The position numbers and the translations under genes are program-made. This document shows, piece by piece, positions 57,860-64,000 of a DNA stretch of 64,000 nucleotides. Source of the DNA: Deltaproteobacteria bacterium (lineage in GTDB: Bacteria > Desulfobacterota > Syntrophia > Syntrophales > JACQWR01); NCBI GenBank assembly GCA_016209105.1, contig JACQWR010000027.1, forward strand, positions 1,497 to 65,496. Direction: 5' to 3'. The notes beneath the pieces were generated by a model that worked only from the letters and a program-made list of their open reading frames with translations, made no database searches and was not told the origin of the DNA. Numbering within the stretch: the first letter of the stretch is position 1; each line of letters starts with the position of its first letter.

Positions 57860-59128
57860 CTACGTATCATCCAGTTTGAACAGCCGCCTGAACGCCGCCA
57901 CGTAGGGCGTGTTGCCATGATCCTGGCTTTCTTCCTTTAGCCCGATTATGGGGTCGTGGATGATCTTATTTACAATGGCGTTGGCGAGTATCTCCACATT
58001 GTTCCTCTCTTTCTCGCCGAGGGTTTTCAGCCATGGACCGCACCGCTCCAGTTCGCCTTTGACGATACCCTCCGTTTTTTCACGCAGGGAAACGATGGTG
58101 GGGACCGCCGCCAGGCTGTTTTTCCAAACCCGGTGTTTTTCCACTTCCTCATCAATAATTGCAACCGCCTTTTGGGCTTCCTGCCGGCGGTTTTTCATGT
58201 TCTCATCCACTACTTCCTGGAGGTCATCCACATTATAGAGGTAAACATTATCGAGGTCGCCCACCTCAGGATCCACGTCCCGGGGCACAGCGATATCAAT
58301 CAGGAAAAGGGTGTGCTTTTTCCGGCCATGCAGCGCGGCGTCAACCATTTCCCGGGTAATGATGTAACCGGGCGCGCCGGTGGAACTGATCACGATATCC
58401 GCACTCCGCAGGCTCTCCCCCAGATGATCGAACTCCAGGGCCGTCCCGTTGAACTCCTCTGCCAGTTGCAGGGCCCGGGCATGCGTCCGGTTGGCAATCA
58501 TGATCTTGCTCACACCGCTGTTGAGCAGATGACGCGCCGTCAGCTCCGACATCTCACCGGCCCCGATGAGCAAGACCGCTTTCCCCCGGAGATCCCCGAA
58601 TATCTTCTTCGCCAGTTTAACGGCGGCATAGCTCACCGATACGGCATTGCCGGCAATCGCCGTTTCCGTCCGCACGCGCTTGGCCACCCGAAAGGCATGG
58701 TGGAGAACCTTGTTTAAGATAATGCCCGTGGCCTTCTGCTCCACCGACCGATAGTAGGCATCCTTCACCTGCCCTAAAATCTGGGGCTCGCCCATGACGA
58801 GGGAATCGAGGCTGGAGGCGACGCGAAAGAGGTGGCGCACCGCTTCGTCGTCGAAATACACGTACAGGCATTTCTCCAGCTCTTCGGGAGGCAGATTGCC
58901 ATGAAAGAAAATAAAGCCCTTCAGGCTTTCCAGAACCCCTTCACGCTCCGTGGCATGGGCCAGCACCTCGACGCGGTTGCAGGTGGAAAGGTACATGGCT
59001 TCCCTCACCTGCGGGATATTCATCATCTCCGCAATGGGATCAACCGTGTTCAGGCAGGAGAGGGAAAGCTTTTCCCTGATCTCCAGCGGCGCGGTTTTAT
59101 GATTCATGCCGATTAAAATCAAATTCAT
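57860..59128 (-). CDS. hemA: glutamyl-tRNA reductase
   Basis: 422 aa. GMNHKTAPLEIREKLS, the catalytic Cys context YLSTCNRVEV, and the NADPH site LLIGAGEMSEL. Confidence 0.93.
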   Translation of the reverse strand: MNLILIGMNHKTAPLEIREKLSLSCLNTVDPIAEMMNIPQVREAMYLSTCNRVEVLAHATEREGVLESLKGFIFFHGNLPPEELEKCLYVYFDDEAVRHLFRVASSLDSLVMGEPQILGQVKDAYYRSVEQKATGIILNKVLHHAFRVAKRVRTETAIAGNAVSVSYAAVKLAKKIFGDLRGKAVLLIGAGEMSELTARHLLNSGVSKIMIANRTHARALQLAEEFNGTALEFDHLGESLRSADIVISSTGAPGYIITREMVDAALHGRKKHTLFLIDIAVPRDVDPEVGDLDNVYLYNVDDLQEVVDENMKNRRQEAQKAVAIIDEEVEKHRVWKNSLAAVPTIVSLREKTEGIVKGELERCGPWLKTLGEKERNNVEILANAIVNKIIHDPIIGLKEESQDHGNTPYVAAFRRLFKLDDT

Positions 59129-59209
59129 GCCGAAGTATATACTCTCGCCGTCATAATTTCCCCTTCTCGCCCCCTCTGCGGCCCCGCGACGCCTTGACCA
59201 AAATCAAAT

Positions 59210-59301
59210 GGCTTTGTAAAAAGGCGGGAGCCCTTCCTCTGTATGGGGAAAGGAATATTTCCGTACCTGCCGGAGAAAGCAGGACGACCTTTTACAAAGC
59301 C
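59210..59301 (-). terminator. long inverted repeat after the ccsA/hemX-like gene (possible terminator/attenuator before hemA)
   Basis: GGCTTTGTAAAAAGG (59210-24) and CCTTTTACAAAGCC (59288-301) are inverted complements about 63 nt apart. On the minus strand the structure is followed by ATTTGATTTTGG. Confidence 0.35.
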
Positions 59302-59302
59302 G

Positions 59303-60118
59303 CTAAATAAAACTGTGGAGCGTCGTAAAGAGCCTGTTCGTCACAATAAAGGACACCAGGAAAATGATAAATACCGCCACGGACAAGATGGCTGCCTTGT
59401 GCCCCGCCCAGCCGATGGCCAGCCTCTGGTGCAAAAGGAGCGCATAGCATATCCAGACCATCAGTGTCCACGTCTGTTTGGGATCCCACTGCCAGTGGCT
59501 TCCCCACACGGTCCGGGCCCAGATAGATCCCACCAGGATGCCGGCCGTCAGCAGGGGGAATCCCCAGAGCAGGCAGATGCGGTTGATCTTATCCAGGTCG
59601 CCAAGCGACGGGAGAAGCATGATGAAACTGCGCCCCTTCTTCCGTTTAATCAGGCCATCCTGAATCAGGTACATGGCGCCGGCACAGGAGGCAAGCACGA
59701 ACAGGGCTTCGCCCGCCACGGACATGGCCACGTGAAACGGCACGAGATGCCCCTGCACCGTGGCCGGTATGGAGACCTGGGCCCCCAGGCCCACGGAAGC
59801 GACAATCATCAGCAGGGAAACCACCGGAGACACGAAAGCCCCCAGTATCCGGGTTCGGGTCTTCAATTGAAAAGCGAGATAAATGCCGGCGATGATCCAT
59901 GCCAGGAAAGACAAGGCATCGTGCATGCCGAGCACCGGGCTCTGTTTTGTTTGAATGCACCGGGCGCCGAAGTAACCGGCATGGATGATGAAAGCGAAAA
60001 AAAACAGCCAGGTAGATGCCTTCGCCGCCGCCACCCTTTTTACCAGGAGGGAAACCACGTATCCAAGGGTGGTCATCAGGTAGGCGGCAAGGGCCACCTT
60101 GAAAAACAAAACGTCCAT
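59303..60118 (-). CDS. cytochrome c assembly (CcsA/ResC/HemX-like) heme-handling membrane protein
   Basis: 271 aa, polytopic, with the Trp-rich motif WGSHWQWDPKQTW. TAATG overlap with the upstream sirC-like gene. Confidence 0.75.
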   Translation of the reverse strand: MDVLFFKVALAAYLMTTLGYVVSLLVKRVAAAKASTWLFFFAFIIHAGYFGARCIQTKQSPVLGMHDALSFLAWIIAGIYLAFQLKTRTRILGAFVSPVVSLLMIVASVGLGAQVSIPATVQGHLVPFHVAMSVAGEALFVLASCAGAMYLIQDGLIKRKKGRSFIMLLPSLGDLDKINRICLLWGFPLLTAGILVGSIWARTVWGSHWQWDPKQTWTLMVWICYALLLHQRLAIGWAGHKAAILSVAVFIIFLVSFIVTNRLFTTLHSFI

Positions 60119-60819
60119 TATCCCTCCCTTTTCCGTCTTTTCCCCTTGTGCCCCGTTATGCCGTCCGCCGTAAAATGTTCCGGCCCAATGTGCAGACCGG
60201 TAATGCGAAGAATGATTTCACTCACCCGTCCCCAGTTCCCCTCTCGGAGCGCCTGGAGAACGTCCGAATTGACAATGGCCTCAAACAGCTGTTTGTTTTC
60301 GGCGGAAGGAAGCCCCTTCGCGACGACCGTTTCCCGCAGGTCGCCAAGGATATTCAGCAGGACCGCATATTCGGGGCCGTAGCGCCTCTCCAATTCTTCC
60401 CGCAGTTTTTTAGCCAGGGCCGGGCTTTTGCCGCCGGTGGACACCGCGATCACCAGGTCTTCCCGCTGGAACAGGGCAGGCAGGATAAAATCGCACCGCG
60501 CAGGGTCATCCACGATGTTTACGGGAATGCCCCTCGCCCCTGCATCGTCCGAAATCCTCCCGTTTACCTCATCACGATCCGTGGCGCCGATTACAAGAAA
60601 AGCGCCCTCAAGGCACGAGTCCTCATAGTCTACGGCACAATGCTCGATGGCTCCCTCGTTCCCTTTCCGTTCCAGAAAAGGGGTAAGCGTCTTCGCCACC
60701 ACGACGACGCGGGCGCCGCATTCCAGAAGCCGTCTTGTTTTCCGTTCCGCAACCTCGCCACCCCCTACGACGACACACCTTTTGTTTGCGATATCAAGAT
60801 AGATGGGGTAGTATTTCAC
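60118..60819 (-). CDS. sirC: precorrin-2 dehydrogenase/sirohydrochlorin ferrochelatase (CysG N-terminal/SirC-Met8 type)
   Basis: YPIYLDIANKRCVVVGGGEVAERKTRRLLECGARVVVVA, IGATDRDEVN, NIVDDPARCDFILPA and AVSTGGKSPALAKKLR. Start is placed at GTG 60819, with GGAAGGAAG upstream; the ORF track extends to 60870. Confidence 0.75.
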   Translation of the reverse strand: MKYYPIYLDIANKRCVVVGGGEVAERKTRRLLECGARVVVVAKTLTPFLERKGNEGAIEHCAVDYEDSCLEGAFLVIGATDRDEVNGRISDDAGARGIPVNIVDDPARCDFILPALFQREDLVIAVSTGGKSPALAKKLREELERRYGPEYAVLLNILGDLRETVVAKGLPSAENKQLFEAIVNSDVLQALREGNWGRVSEIILRITGLHIGPEHFTADGITGHKGKRRKREG

Positions 60820-60996
60820 CGGCGCTTCCTTCCTGCAATGTCTGCGCTTACCGCTCTGTAGAGCTATCATTACGGGTAGTAAAAGTCAAGCCGCGTGAAC
60901 GCCGGGAAAGCGCCTGGAAACAACGTGTTTCGTGAAGATGACCGCCGGATGGGGCTTCAAGAAACTCGCTTCCGTCTATGCCGGAAAAAGAGGAAC

Positions 60997-61950
60997 ATGC
61001 GCCAGAGCAATAACGGAAAAGACAACTGGATCAGGATCAAACTGTCCGCACCGCCTGAATTGGCCGATGCCCTCTCCAATTTTCTGACAGAGGCGGGGGC
61101 GCAGGGCGTCTTTCAGGAAAATTCCGTCTCACCCTTCGCGGAGCAACTGTTGGAGCAGCCTCCGGAGGTTTCCCCGCGAGAAACGCTTCAGGCCTTCATA
61201 CCGGATGATGCGCAGGCCGAAGACCGGATCGCCTCCATCACGGACTACCTGAAAAATCTTGCAGACCTGTTCCCGGAACTGGAACCGGCCGGCCTCGCCG
61301 TGGAAATGGTTTCCGACCCCGGCTGGGGGGAAGAATGGAAAAAATATTTCAAGCCTTTCCGGGTGGGCAGGAGCATCATCATCAAGCCGACCTGGGAGCG
61401 CCATGTCTCCCGCAACGGCGACACCGTAATAGAGATAGATCCGGGCATGGCTTTTGGAACCGGCCAGCACGCCTCGACCCTGATGTGTCTTGAATCCATC
61501 GAGGATATCCTGGGGAAAGACTTGTCCGCCGGGGCAAATGTCTTGGACGTGGGAACGGGTACGGGCATTCTCGGCATCGCGGCGGCAAGGCTGGGGGCAA
61601 AAGAGGTTGTCTGCATAGATATTGATGAAAAAGCGGTGGAAGTCGCGCGTGAAAACGCAGCAATCAATAACGTGGCAGGGCGTCTGGATATACGGAAGAG
61701 CGAACCGTCGGCCATCAGCGGCTTGTTCAGCCTGATCGTGGCGAATATCACGTCAAAACCGCTGATAGGCATGCGCGATGATTTTGTGTCGCTCCTGCGT
61801 TTCGGCGGCTGCCTGGTGATTTCCGGCATCATGGAACAGGATAAAGAGGAGCTGGAAAGGCACTTTCTTGCCGCGCCCTTTCATCTCTGCCGGCTGCGCA
61901 GGAAAAAGGAATGGCTTTGCTACGTCCTCAGGAAAGGAGTGGATTCTTGA
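60997..61950 (+). CDS. prmA: ribosomal protein L11 methyltransferase
   Basis: Start MRQSNNGKDNWIRIKL, with GAGGA upstream. WEEWKKYFKPFRVG, IDPGMAFGTGQHASTLMCLE and the SAM site VLDVGTGTGILGIAA. Confidence 0.88.
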   Translation: MRQSNNGKDNWIRIKLSAPPELADALSNFLTEAGAQGVFQENSVSPFAEQLLEQPPEVSPRETLQAFIPDDAQAEDRIASITDYLKNLADLFPELEPAGLAVEMVSDPGWGEEWKKYFKPFRVGRSIIIKPTWERHVSRNGDTVIEIDPGMAFGTGQHASTLMCLESIEDILGKDLSAGANVLDVGTGTGILGIAAARLGAKEVVCIDIDEKAVEVARENAAINNVAGRLDIRKSEPSAISGLFSLIVANITSKPLIGMRDDFVSLLRFGGCLVISGIMEQDKEELERHFLAAPFHLCRLRRKKEWLCYVLRKGVDS

Positions 61951-62723
61951 CGACTCCGAGAATCTATCTGCCGGGAAACACGCACGTGGGGGATATCCGC
62001 ACGCTGGACAGGGAAAACCGGCACTATCTGAAATCGGTGCTGCGGATGAAGACGGGAGATCCATTGCGTCTCTTCAATGGGACGGGGATGGAATATGAAG
62101 CGCTGATCAGAATCCTGGAAACGGACGGCGCCACGGTGGAGATCACCGGACAACGCGTGCTTCCGGCGCGGACACTTTCCGTGACGCTTGCCCAGGGATT
62201 GTCCAAAGCGGACAAAATGGACTTTATCGTCCAGAAAGCCACGGAACTCGGCGCCGACAGGATCATCCCCTTTCCGGCGGCGCGGTCCGTCCCCCGGCTG
62301 ACCCCCGACAGGGCAGAGACGAAAACGGCCAGATGGGGCAAGATCGCCGTGGAGGCTGCCAGAAAATGCGGCAGGGATGGAGTGCCCGTGATAAGCGAAA
62401 TCATGTCCTTCGAAGACATGCTTGAAGAGCCCGGCGGGACAGCGCTTAAATTAATCCTCTGGGAAGAAGAGACGGAAACGGACTTGAGGGAGATCATGCA
62501 TGCCGGGCAATACCGGGATGTGAGAGACTTTCACGTGATCGTTGGTCCGGAGGGCGGGCTTACCGGAGAGGAAGTGGAACGGGCGGTGGATCGGGGCTTT
62601 ATATCCGTAAGCCTGGGAAACCGGGTCCTGAAAGTGGAAACCGCGGCATTGGCCATACTCTCCATACTTGAATATGAGCGGGGCGCTGCCCGCGGCAAAG
62701 GGGGAAGGAGTCAACAGACATGA
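61947..62723 (+). CDS. rsmE: 16S rRNA (uracil1498-N3)-methyltransferase
   Basis: TTG 61947 overlaps the prmA stop (TTGA) and gives (M)TTPRIYLPG, the usual RsmE N-terminus. LAQGLSKADKMDFIVQKATELGA and IVGPEGGLTGEEV. The ORF track starts at ATG 61911, inside prmA. Confidence 0.8.
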   Translation: MTTPRIYLPGNTHVGDIRTLDRENRHYLKSVLRMKTGDPLRLFNGTGMEYEALIRILETDGATVEITGQRVLPARTLSVTLAQGLSKADKMDFIVQKATELGADRIIPFPAARSVPRLTPDRAETKTARWGKIAVEAARKCGRDGVPVISEIMSFEDMLEEPGGTALKLILWEEETETDLREIMHAGQYRDVRDFHVIVGPEGGLTGEEVERAVDRGFISVSLGNRVLKVETAALAILSILEYERGAARGKGGRSQQT

Positions 62724-63238
62724 CGGAAACTGCATTTGCCGGCTTCTGGCGAAGACTGGCGGCATATATCATTGATAAGATAATTCTCTATTTCCTGTAC
62801 CTGTTCATTCTCCTGGTAGGGATCGCCGCCTTGCCGCACGGACTCCCCCTGAACAGCCAACGGCTGCCCATAAACACCATCATGGATATCGGCCTGGAAT
62901 TTGCAGTCTCCTACTGCGTCGCCGTCGGGTTGATCAACATGCTCTACTTCACCTATTTCCACGGCTATGGGGGGCAGACACCGGGCAAGATGATGTTGAG
63001 AATCAAGGTGATAAAGGTTGCAGGCGGGAAAATAACCCCCGGCGCCGCTTTCCTCAGGTGGGTGGGGTATCTCATCTCCGGCGCGGTATTATACCTGGGC
63101 TTTCTCTGGGTTCTCATAGACACAAGAAAGCAGGGCTGGCATGACAAAATCGCCGGCACCTTCGTCGTGCACGCAGTGGCAGAAGCCCCCGACGGCGTCC
63201 AACTGGATCGCTTCGGCTTCAACCAAAAAATACCTTGA
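62720..63238 (+). CDS. RDD-family membrane protein
   Basis: 172 aa. AGFWRRLAAYIIDKIIL at the N-terminus, GQTPGKMMLRIKV, and the C-terminal GWHDKIAGTFVV. Confidence 0.75.
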   Translation: MTETAFAGFWRRLAAYIIDKIILYFLYLFILLVGIAALPHGLPLNSQRLPINTIMDIGLEFAVSYCVAVGLINMLYFTYFHGYGGQTPGKMMLRIKVIKVAGGKITPGAAFLRWVGYLISGAVLYLGFLWVLIDTRKQGWHDKIAGTFVVHAVAEAPDGVQLDRFGFNQKIP

Positions 63239-63285
63239 CAAGAAGGGGGATATTCTTATAGAGCTTGCCATCAATTGATACAGAA

Positions 63286-63361
63286 GGGTCGGTAGCTCAG
63301 TCGGTAGAGCATCGGACTGAAAATCCGAGTGTCGGCAGTTCAATTCTGCCCTGACCCACCA
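63286..63361 (+). tRNA. tRNA-Phe (anticodon GAA), CCA encoded
   Basis: Folds by hand into a cloverleaf. Acceptor GGGTCGG/CTGACCC (one G-U), D arm GCTC-AGTCGGTA-GAGC, anticodon arm TCGGA-CTGAAAA-TCCGA, variable GTGTC, T arm GGCAG-TTCAATT-CTGCC, then A and CCA. Confidence 0.95.
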
Positions 63362-63370
63362 TGAAAATTA

Positions 63371-63409
63371 AGGGGTTAACCGATCACGGTTAGCCCCTCG
63401 TTTTGTTTT
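63371..63409 (+). terminator. rho-independent terminator after tRNA-Phe
   Basis: AGGGGTTAACCG-atca-CGGTTAGCCCCT stem-loop followed by TCGTTTTGTTTTG. Confidence 0.75.
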
Positions 63410-63547
63410 GTGACTAAACCGTGATCGGTTTCCTCAAAACAGGTGTATTTCGCCTGACAATGTTTTTTCATTCATAATATACTTGATCTTACCTCTCCCT
63501 CTTGATATCTCTCTATGGCAGATGGACATAGGCAAGGGGGGGGTAAC

Positions 63548-64000
63548 ATGACGATTCTCGTAACCGGGGGTGCGGGCTACATCGGAAGTCACGTAGTGAG
63601 ACAGCTTACCGAGACGGGAAGGCAGGTGGTGGTATTCGATAACCTCTCCACCGGCACGGCATCAGCCCTCGTACACGGAGAAAAGCTTGTCGTGGGGGAT
63701 CTCTCCGATACCGCCGCCATCGAGACCCTTTTTAGCCAATACCGTTTCAGAACGGTTCTCCACTTCGCCGCCTCCATTGTGGCCCCTGAATCGGTTACTG
63801 ATCCTATCAAGTTTTACAGCAACAATACCCGCAATACCCTCAACCTCCTCACCGCCTGTGCCCGCTTCGGAGTTGAGCGTTTTATCTTTTCCAGCACCGC
63901 CGCGGTGTATGGCCTGCCAGAAACGGGCACGGCATCCGAAGAGAGCCCCACGGCCCCCATCAACCCCTACGGCACATCCAAACTGATGAGCGAGTGGATG
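63548..64000 (+). CDS. galE: UDP-glucose 4-epimerase (3' end outside window)
   Basis: MTILVTGGAGYIGSHVV...VVFDNLSTG...VLHFAA...FIFSSTAAVYG...PINPYGTSKLMSE (Rossmann GxxGxxG and the YxxxK catalytic motif). The frame runs open to the window edge. Confidence 0.9.
   Translation, partial: MTILVTGGAGYIGSHVVRQLTETGRQVVVFDNLSTGTASALVHGEKLVVGDLSDTAAIETLFSQYRFRTVLHFAASIVAPESVTDPIKFYSNNTRNTLNLLTACARFGVERFIFSSTAAVYGLPETGTASEESPTAPINPYGTSKLMSEWM

Overview
The window is a gene-dense, mostly housekeeping stretch from what looks like an anaerobic Deltaproteobacteria/Desulfobacterota-type genome. That placement is inferred from gene content and intergenic repeat style, not computed. No rRNA genes or CRISPR arrays were found.

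Left to right, the window contains:
- a CBS protein fragment, nfo, an SplB-like radical SAM gene and an MCP
- a LemA/M48 protease pair, a DMT transporter and an amidohydrolase with a sigma-54 two-component pair
- a 10-gene co-directional sulfur block (Rrf2 regulator, nifS, mnmA, nadA, fdhD, metY, cysK, metX, metW, cysE)
- MOSC, rpsF, rpsR, a DUF2232-like gene, rplI and dnaB, with rpoH convergent
- a decayed DDE transposase
- a selenium-dependent molybdenum-hydroxylase maturation cluster (Mo-binding protein, YqeB, YqeC-MocA fusion), interrupted at its 3' end by an inserted UPF0200-type kinase gene
- a periplasmic thiol-redox cluster
- a biotin operon
- polA
- a tetrapyrrole block (sirC-like, ccsA/hemX-like, hemA, hemC, cobA-hemD, DsrE/YedF-like, hemB, AhbD-like radical SAM)
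- prmA, rsmE, an RDD protein, tRNA-Phe and the 5' part of galE

The strongest candidate for something undescribed is the biotin operon at 37.3-45.7 kb. Nested between bioB-bioA and bioF-bioD-(radical SAM) it carries its own ACP, a KAS I/II, two complementary half hot-dog dehydratase subunits and a nitroreductase-fold protein. No BioC/H, BioW, BioI or BioZ homologue is recognisable in the window.

Other points worth a second look:
- bioA and hemC both lack a canonical start codon upstream of their conserved N-termini
- two insertions are flanked by duplicated gene 3' ends
- a nupC 5' remnant lies downstream of polA
- several MITE/REP-like hairpin repeat families sit exactly at gene boundaries, one of them inside the bio operon

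All family assignments rest on motif recognition by eye. No database search was run.
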